Source: Tubiluchus corallicola
Taxonomy: Eukaryota; Animalia; Priapulida
DNA length: 64,000 nt
Reading direction: 5' to 3'
Assembly (NCBI GenBank): GCA_030141605.1
Contig: JAQGDQ010000038.1
Span: 248,001 to 312,000, forward strand
This document shows positions 12,501 to 25,608 of the stretch, one piece after another (the first letter of the stretch is position 1; every line of letters begins with the position of its first letter). The notes beneath the pieces were generated by a model, which was not told the origin of the DNA, searched no databases, and was given only the letters and a program-made list of their open reading frames with translations. The position numbers were made by a program, and so were the translations under genes.

Positions 12501-14560
12501 GTGTTTAACATATATATATGTATATACATTGTTGTGGCATAATAAATAAAGTAATACTGTCTGGGTCCTATTAAAAATTATGAAAGCTATTGTGACATAA
12601 TAAATAAAGTAATACTGTTTGGGTCTTACTAAAAGTTGTGAAAGCTATTGGGGCATAATAAATAAAGCAATGCTATCTGGGTCCTACTAAAAGTGGTAAA
12701 AGCTAATGGGGCTTAATAAATAAAGTAATGCTATCTGGATCCTATTAAAAATGGTGAAGCTATCTTTTAGTAGTTTTGTAGTTATTGCTTGGAATTTTGC
12801 ATTGCGATGTGTGTGTGTGGAATAATTGAAAAACTTGCTTCTGCTAGCCAGCTACTATTAGTCATGCTCTTCAGTGGCTACATTGTTCATACCGTAAGCC
12901 AACGACATAAAGCAGGGAGCAGCTTGGGTTTAGAGTTTATTACTAATAGTAGCTAGTAAATTAATATTTTTTTGCAGTACACGACACATGTTGAATGTGA
13001 AGTGATTTCTATCCAAGCCAGATTGTATTTGAGAAGGCAGTGTTAATCGAGTACTTAGTTTGCTAGTTAGTAATATGGCTTACAGCTCACAATTCAAAAA
13101 ATAAATGCTGTACCCTATGCAGACCCGAAAAATTCGGAACCCCTGTGATTATAAGCTTGTTCAATTTCAATTAGTATTTGATGTCACATATTTTGAACAA
13201 ATCTTTTATGTACAGTGGACAGAGTCTGTGTTAAGTTAGGTTTTTAATGAATTTTCATATCAGAGCCTTTGAAATTTATGCGTAATTTACTCTTACCCAT
13301 TAATTGCCGGATAGTATGGAGAACCATTGTGTCCACCATAGTCTTGTGCATTTACCTGGAAGAAAGAAAATTATAGCTTGCAGATTTAATTTTGCACAGC
13401 TTTAGTATTTTTTCCTCAGTTTAGTTTATCAATTTTCTTCTCAGACCTGTGTAACTAGGTAAAACTTTATACTTATGTTTCTACTGTCTATTATGTAATC
13501 AGTTAATTACTTGTTGTGGCTTTTACAAATTACCATGTTTAGCTTGTTTATTGTAGCCACTCCTTTTAATCTATTTAAAAATGGCTAACATTGCCTTTGG
13601 TGCCAGTCTTAAACTCAATTTTGAAAATAAAACCTTATGGGCTTATTATTCTGACTACTTTCAAGAGAATTTTAATTTTAAAAGGCTTATGGCTTGAATT
13701 ATATATTCTGTTCCTAAACTGCTGAGTGTTATATAATTTGCACTGGTGTGTTGTAGACTTAATTACACAATAGGTCACACGTTTAATATAATGCCATTTA
13801 ATTTGTCTGCAGAAGTAGTGTATGATGTATGTTTAATTATATAAATTTGACTCACCAGAAATAGTACCCAGCATAAGCTGACTGTTGTTTTCAAAATTTC
13901 CATCATAACACTGCTTGAACTATCACACCTAAAACAATGAGATTCACGTTGTCACTGTTTGCATGGCTTGTGGAGAGGTGAAACAACACGCATTCTGTTA
14001 TATACCTGTGTTTTCCGCTTCTCTTTTTGACCTACTTCATCTAATTAATGCTGTTACATAATTAACACATTATAGCTTAAATAATTTGTTGAACCCTTAC
14101 AGTAGGGCTGATCCAAGCTGACATTAGTGTTTAGTGAAGCATAATTGGAAGGTAGTAGAGGAAGATCTAAAAACTTCGTTTCTTCTAGGAAACATGTGTA
14201 GTGTTTTATTACAGTATTAATGTTATTTTTTTACTTTAAACATACATTTTATAATACTTACTACAAAATTTGCCTTACATTATACTTCTGCCTTGTACTT
14301 TGAGCATGCTGTAATTTGTTGTGTTCCTCCATTAGCTTAATGGTTGTATCTGAAAGCATTAAGCATTTATCTGTCTAGAGTAACTATTTTGGCAACAGAT
14401 GAAGTAAGAACAGTGAATGCAGCTGTGATGTTAATGCCCAGGTTAGATTGAATTGGATTGGATTAGATCACAATAGATAACAGAATATTTTAATATGGAA
14501 CGTGTTGTAAAGTGCAGCTGAATATAACTGAACTTGTACAAAATTTTAGTACTTCAAATT

Positions 14561-14595
<35 letters not shown>

Positions 14596-17500
14596 TAATA
14601 ATAAGCTTAGCAACAGTAGCGACGAACATAAAAGCAGCATTGTAGTGGCAGCAGTACGTGATAGTGAGAGCAACAAGAACAAGAGCAACAACAAAACTGG
14701 GGTTACTTAGCCAGTTCTCATTATATTTGCATTAAGACTCATTTAGTTGCTTTATTTTAGCTCAATGAAAGTTAATTTCATATCATATCATGTTCTATGT
14801 CCTATATAGGTAAATTGTCTTTCGTGTATGATGTTTAGTCAGGCCTGTATTTAAATACTCATAATGGAATAACGTATATAAGCATATTTAGTTGCTCATG
14901 TAACATATGTAGGAATGTAATCTTTAAAATTTATTCACGTACATACTTATAAAATACACACTTATAAATGCTATATTGCTTATTTGTATTTGAATAGCAA
15001 CAAAATTAATAAAATTACTCATCTGGAATCAGTTTACAGTCTTTATTTGGTCTGGTCCAGTGCCTTCTGAATTTTTCTGCTAAAACACTGAACAGTTTTC
15101 ATTGCTAGTTTGAAATTGTACCTATGCAATTCTAAACTAAATCTCTGTAATACATTTTGAAACAAAGACGTTTCAGTCATTTAAAAATCAGAACTGCTTT
15201 CTCAAACGCCTACATGTGCTATCAAAGTTTTTAATGTTCATTAGACCAACTTGTGTTTTTGTACCTCTTAAATAAGGGCATCTTTGTTATACCATTCTTT
15301 GTTGTTTGCCTTTCATTACGAAAGTGAAACGGTTATGACGTGAGTGATTGTCGGTGGATTAAGTACGTTGTTGGTTAAACGACTAATCTGCTACCCAATA
15401 GTCTGTAGAACAAAGGTGTATATTGATTAAATTTAGTTGGTAGAAGTTGCAAAGAATTATACTGCATGCGAAGAAATGATTAACAAACTGCAATTTGGCA
15501 GATTATCCATGATAAAGAAATGGTTGTTTAGAAAGTAAAAGTATTTCATCAGCTTTAAACTTGGAACTATCTACTGCACTATGACTTTTGAATCTGTCTG
15601 TCATTTCCTTGACAGGTTAAAAACAGATCATATTTTATGAGGTATTTCACCTGTTTCAGCTGTTTAGACTTGTAATATTTTGTTTGAACAGGTGTACTTC
15701 CCATCATAAGACTATTGCAGAAGGCAGAGTTGAATTGAATAAACATAATAAACACTGTTTAAAAGCAATAATGTTTTATATAAGAATGTGTTCTGGAAAA
15801 TTTGTGCACTTACTTCCGGGTAGCTATTTGTCAATACTGTTTAATATTAAATTTTGTGACTGGTTAATGTATTTAGGAATACCTAAACATAATTCATGCA
15901 TAACCACTCTTACTTGTAATCTTCTTTTGCCCAATAAGATGTTCTACAAAACTTTCTCAAGTCATATTATGTAAAAATTATTTCCAACTTTCTCTTCTGG
16001 AAACTGCTCATAAACTTACTAAGTTGTTGAATGCATCTGAAATGTTAACAACTCAGATTTTTCAACAATTAAACTGAGCTGTCAGCATTTTAATTTTAAT
16101 AGCAATTGTAATTTAGAATATTTGCTTAAGTGCTCGAACAAAAATCGATTTAAAAGTTAATAGCACAGTTTCAGTAGTAAATGCGTGATATACTCCACTG
16201 ATTTAATAGATTGTTTATTTACAATTTTATAGTGGATAAAATATTTGAAATAAGGCTTATTGCTACAGATTTGATTTGCAAAACACTAAGATTTAAAGCT
16301 GCAGTAGAACAAGAATCATTGTTAATAATTAAAGGAAATGTGTATTTTGTTTATATGACTTTCTTACACTAAAGTTTACAGATGCTTATAATCCTGTTTT
16401 GTTAGAAATATCTCTAAGAGATATGTTAAGAAACCACTTTGCTTTCATTAACACTGAGACATTTGCGCACGCCTGCTGTGCTCCCACCATGTGGTGGAAT
16501 ACAATTTTGTATGTTCATTTTTACAATATTAGGGACTCCATTTATTAAAGTCAGTTTTGCCTCAAATTATTCGTAAGCTACCATTTATGGAAACGGGTAT
16601 TTTTGTAGTGCCCTATGTTGAAGTGACATGACTGGAAACTGGATTTATGGTGTGATGACGGCTGAGTAGGTGCGTGCTTCCACATGAGTGGCTTGTGGCT
16701 TTACCTGATTGTTCCAGGTGGAATTATTTGTAAGCCTTGGCTGTTCACCTCATAGAAGGAGGATAAGTGCATCTGAATATGGCTGAGATACCTCTACCAG
16801 TTCAATGGCTTATCTTATATACGTTGCCAGTGAACCAGACTTCAGTCATGCCACATACATGTTATTGTATATTTCATGCTTGCATGCTGGATTCCCACTT
16901 TAAATAAATATTTCACTGATAGTGAAATATTTTGCTGATTTTAATATTGTTTGTATCTAGCCCAGCTTATGGTAATTACATAATTTCTCTATGCCGTACT
17001 GCATTTTGCAAAGTGGGTTCTGCAGCCTGCAGACCAGCCCTATAAGATATGATTTTGGCTGGACTGGGACTTCCTTTGTTTTCGAAGATAGTCCTCTAAG
17101 GTGAGTTACCGAATTCACATAAATGTCCTAGGAATGTTCAGGGCAGTATTGGAAACAATATCAACTTGAACCAGTTTTCTTTGTAGCCACTCACTCATCC
17201 ACACTCCCATCTCTTTTGCCGTCCCCAAAACTTCAATTATTTCTATATTACAATTACTAAAGAACCAATATTTTTTATTTTTCAGATCCAGATTGGGCAT
17301 CATATAATATTGGCATTTTTCTCTGTACAAAATGTGCTGGTTTTCATCGAAATCTGGGTTCACACATTAGCAAAGTAAAATCTTTGCGTTTAGACAAATG
17401 GGAATATCATCAAGTTGAAGTAAGTACATGTATGATGACATTAATGTATCAGCGAAATTTTTAGCAGTGGTGGAGTCGATGCATTTCACCAATATTGCAT

Positions 17501-20500
17501 GAAACTCGAAAAACACTGTTGCGATTAAAAATTCAATTTTTTAATTCTTAACGGTGCGCGGTTGTTTATTGGTAAAATACATTGAATCTTTAGCTTCCTT
17601 AATGTAAGTGCATGTAGCGCCAGATATGCTAAAGGTTTCTCCTGATCATGTGCCTTATAAATCACTGTGCAAGAAAATGGGATAGCCAAGCAGCAGCTAG
17701 CTAATGAAATTTCGGACAGAAATTTTTCACCAAGAGTGCCTAAAATTCTAATACTAATGGTGTATGCAATTTGGCAGTACACCAGGTATTTAGCATAAAT
17801 ATACTGGTAACCAAATCAAGAAATACAGTCGTGTAATTTGAAAACAGTCAAATTGTGGCAAAAATCGAATCATATTAAATCGAAAATTGTCAGTTAAAAT
17901 GCAAATATAATCGAAATCCAGAAAATTTGAAATCATTTGTACTCTGTATGCAGATTCACAAGATAAACTAAATCTTGAGGAACTGTATATTTTAACTTGT
18001 ATGTGCAAAATACAAAGCTTTATGTAACCAAAGTTTCTAATACCATTGATGGTGCAAGCCATAATGACCAACAATGATAAGGTTTGCTTCTTTACCAGTT
18101 GTGCATGGTTATTACACATTTACATATTGATATTTTCTTTGATATTACATTGGTATTGAGCAGACCTGTTTCATGCATTTTCTACACTCGTATCATGTAT
18201 ATTGCAGTTTATGTTGGAAAAAGGGAATCTCGCAGCAAAAGAAAGGTTTGAGAGGCATGTTCCAATCTGGTATCGTAGGCCCGGACCTCACGATCCTGAG
18301 TGAGTAAAAAGTATTTAATTAACTAGGTACTATCGAATTTAAAATGTTTTTTCACACTTTTTAATTTAGAGGTTAAACTGAGAATAGCATTTCATTATAT
18401 GCATAAAAAATTCGGGGATACTGAAAACAATACATGTGCTTCACTTTTCAAAACTTGCCAGACTATATCAAGTTTACTAATGTGTAAATGAAACATGTCT
18501 GAGTTTTCATTTCTTGTTTTTATAATGTTAGGGGTCATCATGTAATTGTTATCAAATCTTCAGCAAAATATTGCCATTCAGACTGTTTTATTGCACTAAT
18601 TTGAACAATTTTTTTTGTTTTCAGTGTTCTAAGAGAGCAGTGGATCCGTGCAAAATACGAGCGAAAAGAATTTCTTGAAGAGAATGCTTTACAACAACAA
18701 GTGAGTGTATAACTAAGTATAACAGTATAAACAAGTTAGCATACTTATTGGTTTTACAAACATAAGTATTACTTGCTAATTTATTTATCTACATTTATAG
18801 CAAAAAGTAGTAGGAGGCGTTTGCAGCGCCAGGAACTAGAAATGGAACAGCTATTGGAATTTGAATTGTTCGTCAGATAACTTAATTTTTGTTTAAGTAG
18901 GCCACAGAAAGGAGGCTTAGTGCGAGCTAGCTGTTTAAACTCAGAATCAGTTTTTGAAGTTAAATATCACCTTTTCTGCTCAGTATTTAGATAAGTGAAA
19001 AATAATCATTAAACATTATTTGATTTTATTATTTCAGCCACTTATAAAAGAAGGATTTCTGTATAAACGTGGGAAGGATGACAAGAAATATCAATTGCGG
19101 CGATTTGTACTTTCTGACACTGACTATACTCTCAAATATTTTGTGCGGGATGTAAGTGTGTTTTAAAGAAGAAATTTGTTTTTAATTAAATGTAAGTAAA
19201 TAAAATAAATAACTTAAACGTAATAAATTAATACTTCTTAAGCCCGTGATTCAAACTAATATGTTGAACAGCAAAGACCTTTGTTGTTACAATTACAGTA
19301 GTCGCTACTTAATAAACCACGGATAATAAAACCGGCTGCATTGAACCATGTTGGCATTGTCCAGAATTACTTTTATAGAAACTATTGTTAAGAAAATTCT
19401 ATTAATAAAACCAGTGCGCCATTTAATAAGACCACATCTTCAGTAATAGACAACAAAAGCAACACAAAATGAAAAACAAAGTGCATTTTTGATAGTTGCC
19501 TGTTTTTAAGATATGTAGTTGAAATTTGCGTCCCATTTCCTAGATTCACTGCTTCTTAGTCAAAGTCACACTGAAAGCTACAGTCAATTGTTTTATAATA
19601 ACCATCCTGCTTGTACAGCTGCTGAAATACATTTCAGTCTGTTGAATGAACTTGGGTCACTGTTGTACGCTTGAGTCAATCTATAAGCAAGCTGACTGCC
19701 GCATGTATGCATGAGCCTGTAAGCAAAGTGTTTGTGTGAAATGCGTTAAAATATGTCACGCTAACAGATCAAATTTTGAATTGAATGAAACAAATTGAAT
19801 TCAATAAATCAAAATAGGTTTGAATAAGTTTATGTGTATGCCTGGTTACAGAAATGCATGGTAACACCAACTACATGTAGCTATAATTGACAGCAATATA
19901 AGTTTTTATGCCAAATACAAATACTTGTGACAGGTCAATACTTAATAAAACCGCCATTTTATTGGTGGTATGGGCAGCCGAGTGTGTGTGGGGTGATATA
20001 AGCTAAAACTTAAACAGCCGACCTCCCAGCTGTTTGTTAGACTAGTAACCACCTAAAATGTCTTTTTTGTAACCAATGCTGATTTTACCACATTAGTGTG
20101 CAATCCCATAATGAACATTGTGCATTGTTATAGTGTATCAACTAATGTCTATTGTTTATTATACAGAACATTCCAAAGGATGTTATCAGTATTAAAGATC
20201 TGAATGCTTCCTTCTGTCCTCATAAAATGGGAAATCCTAATGGTTTGCAACTCACTTATCTAAGAGAGGATGGTAATAGCAGATGTTTGTACCTGTACAG
20301 TGAGGATGGCAAAGATATTGTAGAATGGTATAATGCTATTCGAGCTGTAAAATTTTCTCTTAACCGCGTTGCTTATCCGGGCACCAAAGAAACTGTCGTA
20401 AGTTGATTTCTGCTATTCTGCTTTGAGAAGTTTGTGGTTGTTTGGCATTGCATATGCATGTAGATGTAGCTGCCCCTTTAGTGGTTATACTGTTACCAGA

Positions 20501-23500
20501 GTATCAGTGTTTGGTTTCTGCAGACTTGAGTGTTAAAACTTGCAGTAACATGGAGGACAAGAGAGTACAGTGGTGCCTCCAGGCAATTTGACATACTTTC
20601 AGAAAACTAATGTATAATTTTCGCTGCTAAAAGCAGTTTTTTGTCATATGCATGTTATGTAATTAGTTGCGAAATAATTAAACTGCATGGTTATCATTGA
20701 CATTTTTGTTGAAGTTAATGCAAATTTAAATGTTATTGATACTTAATTTTTGAAAAGCATTTTAAACAGTACTTCTTTTTATCATAGTGTAGATGGATTA
20801 GTACGCTTTCTAAAGCATCAGACATAATCAGACAATGACCATTATCTAAACTTTATGTGTGGCCATATTTTTTAAGTCAAACTTTGTAGCTGGGAAAAAT
20901 TTTGCCAAAGTTAATAATCTGCATAAGTTGGTAAGTAGTAACAAATAAGTAGTTTTCGAATCGTTTTAAATGACTGCACTAATTTTTTTCAGCTTGCTCG
21001 CAGGCTGGTAAGAGATTTCACAAAAGAAGGTTGGATTTGGAAAACGGGTCCTTCTGGCAAAGAAAGCTGGAAGAAACGTTGGTTTATACTAGACGATCGT
21101 AGGCTGATGTACTTTGACCAATGCTTAGTAAGTGAATTTATTTTTGCACATATTGTTTTTTTAGTTTAACAACAACTTGAAAACTGTGTATAATTAAAAT
21201 GCTCACTTGAAATTTTTTTACACAACTATACAGGGAACAAAATAGTTGGAATATTGCGTAATGGTGATTTGAAGAACTATAAACCTTCGCTAATAATGTT
21301 ACTTTTAATGTGTATTTTGATGTATAGTGGTGTCGGTTTTGACATGTGAAACTAACAATGACATATCGGTGATAAAATTATCACTTCACAGGAACACTAG
21401 AACAAAAGCATGAATTCATTTAAATGTTACTTTTTGTTTCCAAGTAATTGGTGTGTGTTTTGAGAACCAGATAGAAAGTGGACTTTTGTTTTTTTTAAAT
21501 CAGATGTAGAGTTTTTCTACCTTGCAAAAGATTTCTGTTTCCAAAGTCGGGTTTATCATAGCAATTAAACATTGTACTACAACATTTTCGATGAAAGACT
21601 AGTTTTTTCGAGGAAATGAAGAATTAAATTGTAGCTTGTGACTGACAGGCCCTGCTTATTAGGCCTCATGGCTGACATAGTGGTTAAATTTTTTGTTGGT
21701 TTTTGATGACTCAGATTCACACCACATCTAGTACGAGGTTTCTACTTGAGCACTGAAATTGAGAAGTTAAAATGCTATTAAGCAGAATTTTTTCCACTGC
21801 TGCTGATCTGTTGATTAAGTTCATTTTTAGCTGACAAAGTAAAGAAGATTCTATATGTGTGTGTGTGTGTCACTGTCGTAGCCACAAATATATATGTAGA
21901 CCTTATTATTCAGAATATGGCTAGTTTATTTTGAGTAATCAACTATTCTTTTGCTCTAGGATGCATATCCTATACACGATATTTTTCTTGGCACTGAAGA
22001 AGAAGGTTATAAAGTCAAGGAAGGCTTGCCACCTGGGTTTAAAGAAAAGGACCAATGCTACGGGTTTACTCTAAAAACACCTGGCAGAGAATACAAGTTT
22101 TGCACTGAAGGACATGATGAAAGAATGGTATGTAGTTGTATATATCTGTTAATGCTTAATTCGGCATCTTTAATTAGGGGAAAAAATTATAAGGGTTATA
22201 ACTAAACTGATAAAGCATTACCTTCTCAGTGCATGCTGTTTTTTTACAACAAAATTGTAAGTAAGAATCTTTGTGAGTCTGATTCTTGATTACTGCTCTT
22301 TCTGCTAGTCAAATTTTCAGAGAAATTCATTTTTTGGATTCATTTATAACATCCCCAACCAGTGTTCCCATTACGGCTTTCTGGGTTAGAGAATTTTAAA
22401 GTTGTATGTGAATGTGGCATGGTTTCAGCAAATAATTGTGAACGACATCTCCATGTTTCCAGACTACCATATATTCGCTTTTTATTTCAAAAACTAGAAT
22501 CACTGGGATACTAGGATCACAAGCAACAATTATCTACTTAGCTGTCCTATAAATACATCTACTTTCGCTTTTCTAACTCTTCATTTCAAATATTGTTGTA
22601 TTTTAAGACTCATTTATGTGATTTGCACCACTGCTTAGATCATGGCTATTAATGCTATTTGAATTAATTGCTGTTTAGTTTTGCAAGAATTTATTTTCAC
22701 TCTTATACTAATGCTTTTTTATATAAGCAGATCTTTCAGGTTACATGGGTTATTTAGTTTTTTGGCTTATTGCCACAATTTGGCTGAATGCGGAAGTACT
22801 GGCCTAAAGAAAATTCCATATCTTTCTGCAGACTAAACTGGCATTTACCAGACATCCAGAATGTGTTAACCAACTATGGAATAAATAACACGACTGCTTT
22901 TACTTGACATGCGGAATGGAATACACTTTGTTCAAATATGACTGCTTCATTGAAGACAGGGTAATCATTGCTATAAGAACTCACTTTACACAAAAATAAG
23001 CAAATTTGCAGATGGGGAGTCTATCCCCTTCCGTAAAAGAGGACACATTTTGTTCAAGAAAGGGACCTGTATAATGAAATGTTCCAGAGATGTTTCAGAA
23101 TAACACAAGACCAGATTGCCCAACTCTTGTTTATTCTGTGCGTGGGCTTGATAAAATATCACATAGTACATAAATTTATATGTGAAGGGTAATGTTTAGC
23201 CATTTGTTTGAGATAATTATAAATGATACTACTAATGAAAAAATAAACCTGCAATATAGTGTAACTAGTTTTTTTTTAAGCCAAATTTGACCAAAAAATG
23301 ATGAACGTGATTAAATCTTCCCAGACTTGGATTTGAATCATGAACTTTTGTATTCAACTTCAGCACCACATGACAGTCTTTATTAAGGAAGTAGTCTTAA
23401 GGTTATCAATTAATTCTGTGTTAAAGGCAGGATAAGTTATCAATTAATGATTTTTGGTTACTGTCATAATTGCCAGACTGATAGAGAAAAGATCTGGAAG

Positions 23501-25608
23501 ATTCCATCCCATGGATTGAACCTAGGATCTTTTGATATCCAGTTGGTCGGATATCATAAGATCTGGGATTCAATTTTCAGACTCTTGGTAGTTTCCATAC
23601 ATAATATAGAACTTGCATTCCAGTCTTTTGCATGCAGTCCTGCCTTGCCATTAATTTCCTGCTTCAGAAGTGTAATAACACTTGTGTCATGTGATGTTTT
23701 TTCCACTGATCACTACACCGATTTTGCAGGCCCAAAATGCACCAACACAGGTCTAATAAACAGGTGCATTGAAAACAATATAAAGTGATTTTTATCTATT
23801 ATGCAACAACACATATGCATAACGCATTCCACATGTAAATGCCATTTAAATAATACTTTATCGTTAGTCCTACACTTATACCAATGAGCAAATAGTTGCT
23901 GAAGCAAAAATATAACTGCAGCCACATTTAAATTGTTTACTAAATCATAAATTGAAATATTGCTGTACAGACCAGTGAAACACATTTTACATTAATCTGA
24001 TCCCAAATTTTTTATACGTATCACTACGAATAAATCCAGTGACTGGCTAGGTGAGGGACTAATGCTGGGTAACTTAAATTAAATATAAAGATTCGGTATT
24101 TGCTTTCTAAGTAATATCTAATCAATTTTCAGTGAGCTGCTTGCCAAACTTTGTTTCCTTTCTTTTCAGGAGTGGCTTAATTGTTTACGTCATGCCTTGC
24201 GACGTCGCCAGTATCTTTAGCTCTCTGCTTCTACTTTGCACATCCAGACCTCTTTAACCATTTGTAACAGTACAAGTTCTCCATTAGATTATTTATTATT
24301 TTACTAAGGAGACAAAGTTAAGATGAATATAATAATAATAATCATCTTCTACAATGATGTGTAAATTTGACAGTACTCTACGTAAGTATTATATTTTTTG
24401 TAACCGTCCAGTATTTTACTCAGGCTGTGGTTGCCTCGTGTCTACTTTGAAATTTTGCTCTATATCCTTGCTTTTGCAGTACTACAACTACTTGCATTCC
24501 AAGATGCATTTTACTATTACATGTAATACTCCTAGATTTGCTATCGCACTGTAACTAATTCGTTTCTAACCATGTCTGTAGTGTAAACAGAAATTTTCAC
24601 TGGACCACTAGTGATAACAGTCGCAGCTCCCATTTTTATGATTTTGACAAGTGCTTACTTGAAGGGATGCTATAGTTGATTCAGAAATTTTTGATTGATT
24701 CATTGTATTATTACAATATAGCAAAAATAGTGCAATGAAAGATCAATGTTTTCAGTTTTGGTTCATAAATTTTTCATCGTGTTACGACAAACATGCCTTT
24801 GGATTACTCTGTTCATTTGGTCTTTGGTTTGCTGCCCAAAGCTACACCCTGGTGATTGCTTTTTCTTTATTTATACCAAGAAGTGTGTAAGTGCAATTTA
24901 GTTATTGGCCAAGCATCTGCAGTTATTGGAAACCAGTTTAGGGGGTTCAGTGCAGCTGTGCTGGTTCATGTGGTCAAATATAATCTTTGTTTTTAATGTT
25001 GAACACGCCATTACAAATTCTGATGCTTGAAAAATGGAAGCCCCTATTGAATTTTTCAATAAACCTGCCTTCATTTTTCATAGCTTTTTCAATCGAAATA
25101 TAAAACGTTGTTGTTTCATTGCACTTCAGTATTGTCTTCAGATCAGATAAAAATGTTGCTTCAACATTAAGACAAGCATAACATTCTTCTGCAGTTAAAA
25201 CTGAATTCATGTTTTTGTTTTCATAGTATACCTTCAAATGCATTGTACGTGTTTTACAATCCACTATAGTAGATATATTTTTAACAGTATTCAACTGTGA
25301 TGTCAGTTTTGACACTCTTCTGATTTTTTTAAATCATGGAGTTTTTTAAATTTTTGATAGATCTATGTTTTATAGTTGATATTGAATTTTTTTCTTATGC
25401 AACTTATAGTGATAAATTATCTCATCTGCCTAACATTGATTACACAAGAAAGTCATGTTTCTAACTGATTATTCAGAAAAGCTGCAACCAATGTTTTAGC
25501 TCTAACATTTGCTTTGGTTTAGAGCTCATGAAAATTTGTTTTTAGGAATGGATGAAAGCATTTCTTGTAGTTTTTCAGCGGCCTCATTCTCCTCAAGACC
25601 GAAGATAG
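9586..25608 (+). CDS. ADAP1: ArfGAP with dual PH domains (centaurin-alpha, ADAP1/ADAP2 homologue), about 365 aa
   Basis: Exons 9586-9670, 17286-17419, 18208-18299, 18625-18700, 19038-19151, 20167-20397, 20993-21127, 21960-22127 and 25546-25608 total 1098 nt, in frame, all GT-AG. ArfGAP zinc finger CADC...[21 protein letters not shown] and [11 protein letters not shown]; PH1 KEGFLYKRG...EWYNAIR; PH2 [16 protein letters not shown]...EWMKAF. Confidence 0.93.
11096..11101 (-). terminator. Candidate polyadenylation signal AATAAA of the nested gene
   Basis: tttatt on the plus strand, about 130 nt downstream of the TAG stop at 11231-11233. Confidence 0.5.
11231..13906 (-). CDS. Nested secreted Tyr/Gly/Lys/Asp-rich octapeptide-repeat structural protein, 392 aa, 3 exons
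   Basis: Exons 13906-13856 ([17 protein letters not shown]|gtgagt), 13355-13297 (ttcttccag|[21 protein letters not shown]|gtaaga) and 12299-11231 (tttcag|T HESSSY...RPKYY*). Phases 0 and 2 match and the total is 1179 nt. The N-terminus is signal-peptide-like, ending VNA|Q, followed by roughly 27 DTKPSYGY-type units. Confidence 0.85.
11500..12175 (-). repeat. Coding 24-bp tandem repeat encoding DTKPSYGY
   Basis: The plus-strand unit ataacttggtttagtgtcatatcc is repeated with variants. Confidence 0.9.
12532..12763. repeat. 58-bp minisatellite, 4 copies, in intron 2 of the nested gene
   Basis: The anchor aataaataaa recurs at 12541, 12599, 12657 and 12715 (period 58), each time followed by gtaatactgtctgggtcctattaaaa-like sequence. 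Confidence 0.9.
13998..14004 (-). promoter_or_regulatory. Candidate TATA box (TATATAA) of the nested gene
   Basis: The minus strand reads ggTATATAAcag about 92 nt upstream of the ATG at 13906, which fits a TSS near 13970. Confidence 0.55.
14563..14592. repeat. (AT)n microsatellite
   Basis: Directly visible. Confidence 0.9.
16623..16854. mobile_element. Possible small MITE (about 230 bp)
   Basis: Imperfect inverted ends gtgacatgactggaaactgg and ccagacttcagtcatgccac. No clear TSD. Confidence 0.35.
23010..23213 (+). pseudogene. Decayed PIF/Harbinger (HARBI1-like) transposase N-terminal fragment in ADAP intron 8
   Basis: A single-frame translation reads [66 protein letters not shown]. This resembles the HARBI1-like pattern WVHP...F..YFRM...F..LL...RLAI.LR, with two in-frame stops. 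Confidence 0.55.
24170..24220 (+). CDS. Candidate alternative terminal exon of ADAP ([16 protein letters not shown])
   Basis: Strong acceptor ttgtttcctttcttttcag and phase 0, matching the donor at 22127. It supplies the PH2 C-terminal helix Trp, as the 25546 exon does. Confidence 0.6.
   Translation, partial: EWLNCLRHALRRRQYL

Noticed and set aside
11500-12763. Tandem repeats resembling a CRISPR array
   Set aside because: The units are contiguous with no unique spacers, the context is a eukaryotic intron, and there are no cas genes.
19295-19960. Tigger/pogo-like MITE start (TACAGTAG...TTAATAAAACC repeats)
   Set aside because: No matching inverted right end or TA TSD could be located.
21666-21725. 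tRNA-like A-box sequence (also near 15350 and 23320-23540)
   Set aside because: No cloverleaf or intact B-box. Probably eroded SINE fragments, too degenerate to call.
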